Numbered from the stretch's first letter, positions 24,723 to 38,239 are shown. The stretch is DNA of 64,000 bases from Eledone cirrhosa (GCA_964016885.1 OZ024744.1:76880001-76944000), one strand, 5' to 3'. Translations and numbers: made by a program. The notes: generated by a model from the letters alone, not told the origin.

Positions 24723-25265
24723 TTGAGAAATGACTCTTTCACAACAAATATGTGTGTGTGTGTGTGTGTAGTAGTAGTAGTAAGGTGTTCGATGTTGTGA
24801 TAATGGTTAGCAGGGATGTGTGTCAAATGGCTATTAAGATAAATGTTTGTGTGTGTGTGGGGGGGGTGTATAGCAGAGTAATTCGTGGTAGCAGGGATGG
24901 TCAGTAAGAATGTGTCTGAAAGCAATGGGGGGTATTTTAGCATGTCAAAAGATATTTTTCAGCTTTTGTCTTATACGGAGAAGTGCGTGTGTGTGTGTAT
25001 AAGTCTCTTTGTATGTTAATGTACACGTGTGTATGTGTGTGTGTATATATGTGTGTGTGTGGGTGGACCAGTATTTTTTTCCCCTGGTAAAATGGTGTAC
25101 ATTATTCGATTTTTTCAGTAAAATCGGTTCTCTTAATAGAACATCAAAAATCTTAACAATAAAAGGTGTGAAATGATATTCACTACATATATATACACAT
25201 ACATATATTCACTATATATATACACATATATATACACATATATATATATATATATACATACATAC

Positions 25266-25365
<100 letters not shown>

Positions 25366-25619
25366 GTATGTGTATATGTGTGTGTGTGTGTATGTGTGTG
25401 CATGTGGATGTATGTATTGTGTGTGCGTGTGTGTGTGTGTGTGTATGTATGTGTGTATCTGGATGTATGCGTATGTGTATATATATATATGCGTGTGTGT
25501 GTGTGTATATATATATGTGTGTGTATGCGTATATATATGTGTGTGTATGTATGTTTGTATGTGTGTATGTATATATATGTGTGTGTGTGTGTGTATGTAT
25601 GTGTGGGGGTGTGTGTGTG

Positions 25620-25704
<85 letters not shown>

Positions 25705-25892
25705 GTGTATATATATATATGTGTGTGTGTGTGTGTATGTATGTGTGTATCTGGATGTATGTGTATGTATATATATATGTGTGTGTGTGTGTATATATAT
25801 ATATATGTGTGTGTATGTGTATATATGTGTGTGTGTGTATGTGTGTATGTATATGTATGTGTGTGTGTGTATGTATGTGTGTATATTTATAT

Positions 25893-27063
25893 AGTACAAC
25901 CTGTCCCATGGTCGGGTCGTTGGCGACTAAACTGGCAACCCCACCAAGGTTTCTTGGTGAGGAGGGTGACTTTGGACATCCTGCAGGACTAAAAACAAAA
26001 CCTGTCAAAGGAGCTCTTAAGAGCCAATTGCCATCCAAAATCACCGGGAGAGATGACCCCTTAGCCTTTGTCAGGGCAGAATTCTAGGAGAAGGAAAACT
26101 CTGATATAACACCTGCAACCCTGATGGTATCCAATGATGTTGACTTGTTCTTCTTTTTGGTAAATATCATCTTGGTTAAGAGAGTGGGACTGGTTTTGTG
26201 CAGTGCCTTTGCTCACTATAAAAGCTTCACGGCACAGGCATTGCTTTATATCTGGAGATCTCTCTGCACTTGTTGTCACATGGTACCATGGGCCCAGCAC
26301 TGTGTCAATAATTGTCACAAGTGTAGTGTTTGTACCAGAGTGCATCGGTAGGGGTTCTCTCCTACATGGATGTAAAGTGGTGGCCGTACTCGAAAACGAG
26401 TTGGCAGCCACCACCATGTATGTATGTACATGTATGCATATGTATGTATGTATGTGCGTGTATATGTATGTATGTATGTATATGTGTATGTATGTATGTA
26501 TGCATGTGCATGTGTATGTATGTATGTACGTATATATGTATGTATGTATGTGGGTATCTACGTATATATGTGTGTGTATGTATGTATATATATGTGTATG
26601 TATATATATCAAAGGGCAAAGGAGCTCTTAAGAGTCAATGGCCATCCAAAATCACCGGGAGACATGACCCCCTTAGCCTTTGTCAAGGCAGAATTCTAGG
26701 AGAAGGAAAACTCTGATATAACACCTGCAACCCTGATGATATCCAATGATGTTGACTTGTTCTTCTTTTTGGTAAATATCATCTTGGTTAAAGAGTGGGA
26801 CTGGCCTTGTGCAGTGCCTTTGCTCACTATAAAAGCTTCACGGCACAGGCATTGCTTTATATCTGGAGATCTCTCTGCACTTGTCGTCACATGGTACCAT
26901 GGGCACAGCACCATGTGTCAATAATTGTCACAAGTGTAGTGTTTGTACCAGAGTTTTCAAGCTGGCTGGACTAAAAAGTCACACTCGTTCAGCGCATCGG
27001 TAGGGGTTCTCCTACATGGATATAAAGTAGTGGCCGTACTCGAAAACGAGTTGGCAGCCACCA

Positions 27064-27064
<1 letters not shown>
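25893..27064 (+). mobile_element. Two RTE-derived bipartite elements (25893-26417, 26589-27064) separated by (TATG)n
   Basis: Near-identical to 21016-21590. Confidence 0.8.
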
Positions 27065-27104
<40 letters not shown>

Positions 27105-27466
27105 GTATATGTATATGTATGTATGTGTGGATGAAGGTATGTGTGTATATATAGGTGTAAGTGCACTAAATCCCTTTCTATCACGCTCCACTCACCTACC
27201 CACCACAGGAAGATATGTGTATGTATATTGCTTCCACCCCCTCACTGACCAGCAGCTGGCCAGTTGGCGATTGCTTAATCTGACCTTTATAAAATAACCC
27301 ACACCCCAAATAACTTCTCATTCACTACCAGAAAGGGACACAGCAGTCAACCTGTTGTTGCTACCTAGATGAAAACTGCTATGAAATCCCACAATGAATT
27401 TTATACTTGAATTTTCAAATCTCAAATTTTAACTCTTCGTATTATTAATTTTTCTTAATATTAATC

Positions 27467-27514
27467 AACATTTGAAAAGATGGCTTTTGCAGACCCATCG
27501 AAACCGGTCATTTT
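27467..27514 (+). ncRNA. Minimal Type I hammerhead with U3:A8 core variant
   Basis: AACAT-TTGAAAA-GATGG cttttgcagac CCATC-GAAA-CCGG-TC-ATTTT. Confidence 0.6.
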
Positions 27515-27652
27515 TTATACCCTTTATTATTTCCTTACCTTATAAAATTATATGTTTTTTCACAAAAAAGTATTCTGTCTCTTATATATTCCATGTGCCA
27601 TTACCAACCTAAATTTTCTCTATAACCTTCGTTTTGTGTAGAAAATTACACT

Positions 27653-27723
<71 letters not shown>

Positions 27724-27935
27724 TAAATTCAGCGAGAATCGCAATTCGGCGGGTAGAAAAAGCGAAACGAAACGCAAAATCAGAGTTATGCTGGCAAGCG
27801 CTCCATAGTTAAAAAACCAGAGCTAAACATATGTGTTAAAACGCCATACAAACTGAAAAAGTGGTCAAGAAGACATTAACCACCTAAGTCAAAAAACAAG
27901 TCAATCTAAACAGGTCAAACAAAATAAATGATACA

Positions 27936-27993
<58 letters not shown>

Positions 27994-28058
27994 ACGTAAA
28001 ATAAGAAAATTTCTTTTAAAAAAATTTTTTTTGAAAAATTAACTTACTTAAATTTTCA

Positions 28059-28138
28059 CTCCAACTAATTAGTTTCTGCAATGGGATAAAGACAGTTACG
28101 TAATGAACTGTTGAGAATTTCATTGCGTCATCAGGGAG
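28059..28138 (-). ncRNA. Type I hammerhead ribozyme (inverted-arm copy)
   Basis: Reverse complement of 28726-28805. Confidence 0.8.
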
Positions 28139-28725
28139 GTCATTTTCAGCCGAGTCTCCAGGCGATGCGCGGACACTGGGGACTCATATAAAAATAATAA
28201 TAATTCGGCAACTGGAACAGCTATCGAGGACTGGATTCCAGCCACTGAAAATTCTCACTGCCACTGATCATATGGCCGATTCTAAAGAATCAATCACGTG
28301 ACACAGAGGCTAGTCAGTATATTATTGTTCTGCATCCTCCTGCATTGAACCACCTAGGTACTATGACATAACCTGTGTATTTGCTGGAATTAGCGTACAT
28401 CTGTGCGCTTATGTTAGTAGATATATTAAATTATCTATATTTATCTCCAAATCACTGATTTGTCGAGCAAACCTGCCAAAACCACTTCTAAAAATTTTTT
28501 TTGGGGGGTGTTAGTAGGCGTCTGTCATCTTACCATCCCATTCCTACTGACTAGCCTCTGTGTCACGTGATTGATTCTTTAGAATCGGCCATATGATCAG
28601 TGGCAGTGAGAATTTTCAGTGGCTGGAATCCAGTCCTAGATAGCTGTTCCAGTTGCCGAATTATTAATATTTTTATATGAGTCCCCAGTGTCCGCGCATC
28701 GCCTGAAGACTCGGCTGAGAATGAC

Positions 28726-28805
28726 CTCCCTGATGACGCAATGAAATTCTCAACAGTTCATTACGTAACTGTCTTTATCCCATTGCAGAAACTAATTAGT
28801 TGGAG
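28726..28805 (+). ncRNA. Type I hammerhead ribozyme with a long stem II insertion
   Basis: CTCC-CTGATGA-c-GCAATG...CATTGC-a-GAAA-CTAATTAG-TT-GGAG; palindromic stem III and GUU triplet. Confidence 0.8.
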
Positions 28806-29002
28806 TGAAAATTTAAGTAAGTAAGTTAATTTTTCTAAAAAAATTTTTTTTTAAGAAATTTTCTTATTTTACGTCTTATATATTATTGTTCTGCATCCTC
28901 CTGCATTGAACCACCTAGGTACTATGACATAACCTGTGTATTTGCTGGCATTAGCGTACATCTGTGCGCTTATGTTAGTAGATATATTAAATTATCTATC
29001 TA

Positions 29003-29078
<76 letters not shown>

Positions 29079-29548
29079 CACATATATATACATATACACA
29101 TATATAACCGACCTGGACCCATTGGAATTGATGGTAAAATCCAAATGCACGGTTTCTATAACACCTAAATCAATAATACTGTCTACTTAAAACTATAAGC
29201 TTTTGGTATGATGATCGAACAAGGAATATCACGTTATCAACAGGTATTTTGCCATACGCCAACTTTGTGAATGACGCAGGGCTTTGTAAAAGCACATGCG
29301 TAACTCACAAGGGGAAAAACACCAGATTTTTGTATGTGTAAATCATGCAATAAATTGCATAAATAGCACAAATCGAATAAGCACTCAACCGGGTAGTTTT
29401 AAAAATAAACTTATGCAATTAATCTGTCAATAGAATTATTAACAGGTTAATTGTAATACTCGGGAGATTAATACAAATATAAATTCAGCGAGAATCGCAT
29501 TTCGGCGGGTAGAAAAAGCGAAACGAAACGCATATATATATATTTACG

Positions 29549-29606
<58 letters not shown>

Positions 29607-30164
29607 GGAGAGAGAGAGAGAGAGAGGGCGTGTATGTGTGTGATATATTCGCCGATAGAAAAAATAATGTCTAACTACAGTAACTTATGTCTAGAAAAAT
29701 GTCTGAAAATAATTCATTGACGTCGTCTGGTCGTCTGGAATGTCGACACATGCCACTAAAGTAACGTCTGCTTATGTTTGTAACGATATTATGCAATCTT
29801 CACCGACATCACTGTTATGCGTATATTATTCGAGTTTGTATGTGTTTGAGTGTGTGTGTGTGTGTGTGGGGGGGTGTGGGTGTGTGGGTGTGTGTGGGTG
29901 GGTGTGGGTGTGTCAGTCTGTCTGTTGTCTGTGTGTGTCTGTGTGTGTGCGTGTGCGTATATGTGTGTTAATCTATGTGTGTGTCTCTGTATGTGTGTGT
30001 GTGTGTATGTACGTGTGTGTGTGTATGTGTGTGTGTGGGGGGGGGGGCGTGTGTCAGTGTCTGTGTGTAATGTATCGTATATGGAACGTAAGTGTTTACG
30101 CGTGCCAACTGTGTACGCATTGGAGTACATAAATATGTGAACTGCGCGCGCGCGTGTGTGTATG

Positions 30165-30195
<31 letters not shown>

Positions 30196-30330
30196 TGGTG
30201 TGTGTGTGTATTTGTATATATATGTATATATATATATGTATATATATATATATTAGATATATATATATGCGCATATGCATATATATATATATATATACAC
30301 ACACACATATATATATGCATACACACACAC

Positions 30331-30361
<31 letters not shown>

Positions 30362-30644
30362 CAAAAGACAAACAAATATAACAAAGCAAATGACACAGTA
30401 CACACGCACACACACATACACACACACGCACACACACATATATGTGTGTGTGTTAAAGATTCAGCTCCGACGTAACTGTATACATATAAGTATGTGAATT
30501 TTGTATATCTAATGATATACGGTATGTTTACGAGTAAACATTTTGAAAGCCTTTACTTATGAATATTGAAAAGCTGACGACTACCGCCATCTAGCGGATT
30601 CCAGCAGAAGCAGTTAGGGATGATAACTATCGACGTGTTCCTAG

Positions 30645-30650
30645 AGATAA

Positions 30651-30723
<73 letters not shown>

Positions 30724-30730
30724 CAGATAG
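30645..30730. repeat. (GATA)n at the 3' end of the L1/Tx1 element
   Basis: Direct reading. Confidence 0.95.
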
Positions 30731-30984
30731 TTGTCTTTCTTTATTTGCCACAGGGGCATACAAAAATGGGACATTACAAGACGTGACGGCGGGGGTTTTA
30801 CATAAAAATAACTTTAACATTAATAAATAACAATAAACTATATATAATAAAATAACAATTGAAATCCCCAATAGGGGGGAACGTTACTGCAGGGTTGTTT
30901 TACACCCCGTGGATAGAACAGCCCTCAACACCAGGAACACGTTTTGTATGTGTTCCTGTCTTCCCTCTGTTTATCTTCCTCAAC

Positions 30985-32615
30985 CTACAGGTTTATATAC
31001 AGAGAAATATTCACTCGGGCCATTTTCGTCACATTCACCCACCTTTCAGCGAATTTACTGGGGTGTAGCAACTCTCTCACCACTCTCACCTTCCTTCTGA
31101 AGTGATACTTAAAGAAGGGGATAAGTTGTTGTCCGGAGAGAAAGGTGTTTGCCCTCAGTCCTTTTAACCTCGTCCATATTACCTCTTTCGCCATAGCCAC
31201 CAGACATAGGAAAACCGCCTCTCCTTTATTCGTAAATGAAGGCGGCGGGGTGATCGTCCCGATCGACTCGGCTGACAACTGGATGCGTCCCACACGTGAC
31301 AGTAGCTGTTCGACATAATTCCACAGGTCAGTCACCCTTGGGCACTGAACAATTGCGTGCAGGACGGTTTCAATGTCCTGATCGCATCTTGGACAGGTCC
31401 TTTTAGCAGGATCTCTGCCAGGGCATCAGTGCCTGTAGATTTTGTCTCGAACTGGTAGAGCTCCTCGGTAGCATTGCCAGGCCAGAGAACTCTGGAAATT
31501 ATCCATAGGCCCTGGACGGAAAGTCCTCCCGAACAGACTGGTCAGTTCCTCTTCCTCGATGCCTAGAGTTTCCCCGAGACCGTCGTCGCACTTATCTTCT
31601 ACTAATCCCCTATATAATGTCTAAGTTGAGTCTCCGCTTATTGCCGTTTCCGCTTGGTGCTAGGCACCCATTTTCGGTCTTCGCTTGACCCAGGACTGCA
31701 GCTCTGTTAGTGAGACGAGTTGTGGAAGAGCTTGTCTCACAAACGACAGCCACACCGGTTCACCGGTCAGAAATACCTGGAGATGGCGTAGCCTCAGCGC
31801 GTGTTTGCGCATCATCAGCCACGGCATGCCCATCCCTCCGTTAGAAGAGTGTTGACAGCAGATGGATCTCCTCACCAATGGAGCCTGTTTCTTCCAGAGG
31901 AACTTGAAGAGTAGGAGTTCCATTTTGGTAAGGTATTCGCGGGGGAAAAGCATGACTGTCAAGCGGTAGTAGATGACGGACGCTATGTAAGTGTTCGCCA
32001 CCTCCGCTCGACCTTTCAAGGAGAGTTTGCACTCAGCTGCACTCAGCTGCACTCAGCCCACTTCTGGGTGACTGCAAAAACCTTCGCCTTGACCTCGTTC
32101 CAGTTCTTGTCCACCTGGAGGTCTAGACCAAACCAGACCCTGAGGAATTTCACCGGTCCTTCCGTCCAGCGTCCAACAACACTGTCGGAATGCATGGGTT
32201 TGCCTCTCCATGTGCCGAGTTGCAAACCGACAGACTTGTTTGGGTTTAGTCTTGCTCCTGTCAACGTTACGTATTCCTGTAATAGGTTGCCGATTACCCC
32301 GATTTCTGAGATTTTCGACACTATTACGGTTATGTCGTCGGCATAAGCCGACGCTGCTTTCCGCAGTTCTGGTTCGATCGGGATGCCCTGCAACAGCTCC
32401 AACTTCCGCAGTAACGGCTCAAGAGTCAGTACATACAGAATGGAGGAGAGAGGGCATCCCTGGCGGATGGAACGCATGATTTTGAATGGCTCTGATAGGT
32501 AGCCATTCACCTTAATTGCCGAGCAGATGCTGGTGTGCATGGCAGCGATTCAGCCTCTAAAGACGAGACCGAAGCCGGCCGCCTTGAGAACTGCATCCAA
32601 GTATTGATGGTCGAC
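30985..32615 (-). pseudogene. Second, diverged copy of the ORF2 3' half (RT to C-terminus), frameshifted
   Basis: SIRQGCPLS, AYADDITV, LSLKGRAEVANTYIAS, GGMGMP, QLSAESI, SKFAERW. Confidence 0.85.
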
Positions 32616-35600
32616 CATTTTCGCTTCATTCACCCACCTTTCAGTAAATTTACTGGGGTGCAGTGCCTCTCTCTCCACTCTAATTCTCCTTCTAAAGTGA
32701 TACTTAAAGAAGGGAATCAATTGTTGTCCGGAGAGAAAGGCATCTGTCCTCAGTCCTCTCAAACTCGTTCACCATAGCCACCTTACAGAGGAAAACCCCC
32801 TCTCTTTCGTTTTTGAAAGAGGCTGGCGGTTTGATCCTTACTATGGACTCGGCAGACAACTGGATTTGTCCCATACGCGACAGCAGTTGTTCTGCATAGT
32901 TCCACAGGTCGGTTACGCCCGGGCAGTGTACAATTGCGTGTAGGACTGTTTCAATGTACTGCGCGCGTCTTGGACACGTCCTCTTGGAAGGATCCCTGCC
33001 GGAACGTCCGTGGCTGTAGATCTTGTCACGAACCGGTAAAGCTCCTCGGTAGCACTGCCAGGCCAGGGACCTCTGGAAGTTGTCCATAGGTCCCGGGCGG
33101 AAAGTCCTACCAAACAGACTGGTGAGCTCATCGTCGTCGACGCCTAGAGTCTCTCCGAGCACGCGTCGCCCTTGTAACGTACAATCCTTCTATAGAATGT
33201 CGAAGTGGAGTCTCCACTGATTGCTGTGCCCGCTTGCCAGAGGACTGTGAACGCCTGAGCCCTGAGCGCATTCAATGTGCCAGGCGCCCATCGTTTTCGG
33301 TCTTTTCTTGACCCAGGACTGCAGCTCCGTCAGCGAGACGAGCTGTGGGAGAGCCTCTCTCACAAACGGTGCTCACACCGGTTGGGGTTGGTGAGGAATA
33401 CCTGGAGATGCCGCAGCCTCAGCGCATGTTTGCGCATCATCAGCCACGGCATTCCCAGCCCTCCGTTGGAAGGGTGCTGACAGCAGACGGATCTCCTCAC
33501 CAGCAGAGCCTGCTTCTTCCACAGAAACTGGAAGAGCATGCGTTCCATCTTGGCGAGGTGTTCACGGGGACAAGGCATGACACTCAAGCGGTAGTAGATA
33601 ACGGACGCTATGAAAGTGTCGCCACCTCCGCTCGACCTTTCAAGGACAGTTTGCACTCTGCCCACTTCTGGGTGAGTGCAAACACCTTGGTCGTGACCTC
33701 GTTCCATTTTTTCTCCACCTGGAGGTCTGGACCGTACCAGACACCGAGCAATTTCACCGGTCCGTACGTCCAGCGTCCAACGACGCTGTCGGACGTCATC
33801 GGTTTGCCTCTCCACGTATCGAGTTGCAAACCGACAGACTTGTCTGGGTTTAGTTTTGTTCCCGTCAGCGTTTCGTATTCTTTCAGTAAGTTGCCGATCA
33901 CCCCGATTTCCGAGGTGCTCGACACCATTACCGTCATGTAGTCGGCAGAAGCCGACGCCTGTTTGCGCAGTCCCGGTTCTAGAGGGATGCCCTGCAACAG
34001 CTCCAATTTCCTCAGTAGTGGCTCTAGAGTCAATACATACAGAATGGAGGAGAGAGGGTATCCCTGTCGAATGGAACGCGTGATTGCGAACGGCTCCGAT
34101 AGTTAGCCGTTCACCTTGACCCTCGAGCAAGTGAAGGTGTGCATCGCCTCGATCCAGCCTCTGAAAACGGGACCGCAGCCGGCCTCCTTGAGAACCGCTT
34201 CCAAGTATCGATGGTCGATGCTATCGAATGCCTTAGACTGATCCAAATTGATCAGAGCCCCACCGGGTTTACTAATCCAAATTGATCAGAGCCCACCGGG
34301 TTTACTACCCACCCTCTCTATGATGTATCGCATGAGGTGGAGGTTGTCGTGCATGGACCTGGACGGGATTACACACGTTTGCGCTTTCCCTACCAGGTTC
34401 TCGACGCCAAGCGCCAACCTCGTCGCTAGTACCTTGGCCAAAATCTTTAACTCTGTGTTGAGCAGAGTTATGGGCCTGAAGTTGTTAATTTCGTCCCCCT
34501 TGTTCTCGTCTTTCCTGATCAGCGTTACTACGCCCTTGCCTGCAGAACTGGGAATTCTCCCGTTCTGCCGCCAATTGCAGTAGACGGCTTCGAGGACGCC
34601 AGAGAACAAGTCCGCCATGCCTATGTAAAACTCATAGGGTAGACCATCTAGACCGGGTGACTTGCGTTTCCCGCAGCGGCCCAGAGCGTCCCGTATCTCA
34701 GTGTCCGTGATCGGTCTTTCGCAGAACTCGGCGTCCGTGTTCGAGAGACGTGGCAGGCCGTCTAGGTATGAACTAAAGTCCATTGCCCCGTTCGGCTCAC
34801 CGTCGTTCTGCTCAAACAGTCGCTGAACAGTGCTGCTGAAAGGCCGCGCACATTTGCTTGGGGTCAAGTAGCACGCGTCCGTTTTGGTCTTTCAAAGACC
34901 GAATCGTGGACTTGTTGCCACTTTTTGCCTCCGCCACTCGGGCCCAGCTGAGAGCTTTCGTTCCTTCGTTTCCTAGAGCACGTGTTTTGCTTCTGACCCC
35001 GCAGCCTTCGTGTTTTGCATCGAAGAACTGGTCCAGTGCCGTTCTCGACGCTAACACTCTAGCCGCGTTGCCACTTCTAAGTGCCTCCTCTACCTTAGCT
35101 ACTAGTTTTCTTTCTATTTTGTTTTTCTCTAAGACTAACTCTCTGCTAAACCCTATCGATTCTATTCTAATTGCTTTCTTGAGAGAGTACCACCATTTAT
35201 TGTTGACGATGGCTCCCGTTAACTGTTGCTTGACTAGTCTACTTATCCGGTCACTGTAAGCTTTACGTGCCGGCAACGACACGTTCAGCTTCCAGTATCC
35301 GGGTCCTTGTTTATGTATTCTATCACGGTTGACTAAGCAGACGACTAATTTGTGATCTGAATAGGCAACCATGTGCATTCGTGGACAGCTTAACATCTTG
35401 TCCCTTTCTCTAATGAAGAACCTATCTAAATACGATCTAGATGTCCCGCTGCGGTTTGCCCACGTCCACTGTGGTGCAGTCGGGAAATCCAGTCGATACC
35501 TATCGGCCTGTTGGAATTGGCCGATTAAAGTTTTGAGGCTAGTGCGCGCCCCCTCCCCCCCCCCCCCTCTACTGAGACATGCTCCCACATAGTCCCATCG

Positions 35601-36050
35601 TGCATCTAGGATACCATTCCAGTCCCCCACTAAAAGTAAGGAGCGAGACGTTGCCAGAAAAGTCTCTAGACGCTTAAAGAAGTCTGGCCGTGATTGCGAT
35701 TGCCTGGTCGGGGCATAAACGGCCACCAGTCTGAAGACTCCACCTCCAATACTGTTCACGTCTAGGAATACCAGTCTACTCTGCGGGTCCAAGTGTACTT
35801 GCTGTACTTCGACGTCCAGGTTCTTCCGAAACATGACAGCCACTCCCCCTCCCCCTCCTGGCTGACTGAGAGATGCGTAGATCTCAAAGTCGTCGAAGAT
35901 GGGGGTTAGTTGCTGCCTGTTGTGGATCCTGGACTCGGTGATGGCTATCACATCCAAACCGTGTGACCTAAGGTCGTTTAAAAGTTGGCCCTGTTTCCAG
36001 GGCATCCCTAGGCCACGCATTTTCACGCTTCCAACTCGTAAACAAGCCAT
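32615..36050 (-). pseudogene. L1/Tx1 ORF2 (APE endonuclease, reverse transcriptase, C-terminal Zn motif), several frameshifts
   Basis: APE: VIAITES, LLVGDWNG, YLDRFF, SDHKLV. RT: SPGLDGLPYEFY, FRPITLLNTELKILAKVLATRL, SADYMTV (catalytic motif decayed). C-terminus: CPR...ETVLHAIVHC. Confidence 0.9.
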
Positions 36051-36439
36051 GTTGGTGAAGAAAATTTGGAGAAAAAGGACGAAAGGTGCACTTACCTTTT
36101 CGTTTCCTGGAGATCGGGTTGTTCAATCTCCATTTGGGTGCTGGATGGGGTGTCGCGTGAGGTGGGGAAACATTTTAACAGGATGCGTTTGATGGGTTTC
36201 TGGCAGGGGTTGCCCGTCCTGTGAAAATTTATTTTTCAGGTCATTATAGATTTCCATAGAAATCCTTAAAAGTTTAAGGTGTGGAGACGATTCTGCCTTG
36301 ACGAAAGTTTTGCCCTCCGTCTCCACCTTGGGGTTTTGGAAGATGACCTCCATCAAACTCTTGTTGTTTGTGTTGATGTATGCGTATTGTTGTTTGTGAT
36401 TTTGTTGCGTTGTTTTAGTTTGTTGTTCGTCCGGGAGTT

Positions 36440-37641
36440 TTATGGTGGGTGCTTGTGTTTGGGGTGGTGTTGGTTTTGCTGGTAGGGGGTGTTTGACTGT
36501 GGTGTTGTTTGTGTTGTTGTTTGTGTCTGTGGTTGTGTGTTGGTGTTGGTGATGGTGATTGGCGTTTTGGGGTTTTTTATGGTGTCTCTTTTTTGTTTTT
36601 TAGATTTCCGCGGTTCTCCCTCTTCTTCACTTAAAGAAGGAGAAGCAGCTTCATCCGTCGATGAATAATCATCGTCAGGAGTGTGGGGTAGGGGTATGTT
36701 TGCGGTGGTGGTGTTTCGGTGTGTGTGTTTGTGGTAGTGTATGATGGAGTGGGATGGGGTGGGGCTGTGTTCTTCAGGGGTGCTGTCTCTGTTTTTTTCA
36801 GTTGTTGTTGGTTGAGTGGCTGTTTGTTTTGGTATGGTTGCTCGTTTCGTCAGTCGTTGTACTTGTGGTGGTGGTGGTTGTTTTGGTGTTGGTGTTGGGA
36901 ATAGTGTTTTTTTAATGGTGTTGTTGTGGTGTGTTTGTGAAGGACAAGAGGCTTTTAGGTGTGCTGTGCTACCACAGCGAAAGCAATGAAATGTTCGTCC
37001 TTCTACCGAAATGTTTATTTTATTGTTATCATCGATGACGACTCTTTCGGGTATTTTGGAGATTCTCTCCGGCCTCATTTGCAACAGAATCTCCAAATCA
37101 GTACCCGTCCACTTTTGTCGAATAGACTTTCGTATCGAAAGTATCATATCAGTTTCTGGCTCTACGAAGCCAGCCAAGATCCACCAGGTGTTAATATTTG
37201 GTGGTATATTTTTTATTTTTATTTTTTGTGTCCTTTTTCCCATGTATGTAGGGAAAAAGGTGAATACTTTTGACACTATTGGTGTCACAGAATGTTTTGG
37301 GGAGAGTGCCTCGCTTTTAAATAGTACGGAAACACTTCCGTACTCTTTTCCTCGTTGGAGAAATTCGATATTTGCTAGAATTTCCTTCAATGTATCTTCT
37401 ATATCTCCTTGACTAACAAATATCGGCTTTTTCGTGGTATTGGATAGAGTCCTAAAGGTCACTGTCCTTCGAACTGTGTCTTCTTTTATTTCAAGGTGTG
37501 AGTTAATTCTAAACCCACCCTGCTCTTCGAAAGTTACAAATTTTCTCCCTTGCTGGAGCATATCTCTTGCATTGGAGATGTCAAGATTTGTAAAATCTTG
37601 TTTTTTGTTCACTGTTTCAGCGAAAGACATTTTTTGTGTGG

Positions 37642-37675
<34 letters not shown>

Positions 37676-37789
37676 ATCGTTGTTAGCCTCGGTGTTGGAA
37701 ATCTCAGTTCCTTGACGAGGTGAAACTTTATGTGTAGATGTATCTGTGGAGTTGTTGATGTTTTTTTCATGTGTATGTATGTTATTCAT
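36440..37789 (-). CDS. L1/Tx1 ORF1 protein with a CCHC zinc knuckle (may continue by frameshift toward 36123)
   Basis: 449-aa ORF containing CFRCGSTAHLKASC followed by a Pro/Thr/Lys low-complexity tail; lies upstream of ORF2. Confidence 0.8.
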
Positions 37790-37994
37790 GTTTTATAGTT
37801 GGCAAAATTTGATATTTCAAAATAATTTTTAAATTAAATTTTCGCCCCTAAAGGGGCGAAAAATGGCATTACCACCCAGCTGACAATTTAGCTTGGGGGT
37901 TAATCTGCAAAATAATATGTTTTTTCAAACAATTTGTTCTGTTTTTCGTATATAAATTTACAAAAAATCTTACCGGCGATGACGCGTCAGTCAT

Positions 37995-38098
<104 letters not shown>

Positions 38099-38238
38099 AG
38101 AGAGAGAGGGGAGAAATGACTTCTACAGAACTAGAACTGTTTCAATCGTATGAAATCATTCGAGACGCTTGCCTCTGAAATACCCACTGGAAGGAGTGTT
38201 AGTGTTCTCTGTTCTCACGACCCTCTCGGAGATAAGAG

Positions 38239-38239
<1 letters not shown>

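Larger units (their letters stand above)
27991..29000. mobile_element. HHR element with an inverted arm and terminal redundancy
   Basis: Inverted arms 27991-28319 / 28544-28877; direct repeats 28318-28438 / 28879-28999 (period 561); (TA)n on both sides. Confidence 0.85.
27721..29532 (-). mobile_element. Terminally redundant element (relative of 11418-12358) hosting a nested HHR element
   Basis: 56-bp direct repeats at 27721-27776 and 29477-29532; reverse complement of 29420-29510 aligns with 11706-11785. Confidence 0.6.

Noticed and set aside
26124-26351. Recurrent ORF MVSNDVDLFFFLVNIILVKRVG
   Set aside because: It recurs only because the non-coding RTE-derived repeat recurs; frames differ between copies.
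34238-34310. 33-bp tandem duplication in the RT region (and a 10-bp triplication at 32029-32058)
   Set aside because: Ordinary post-insertion slippage that disables the LINE; no separate function is evident.
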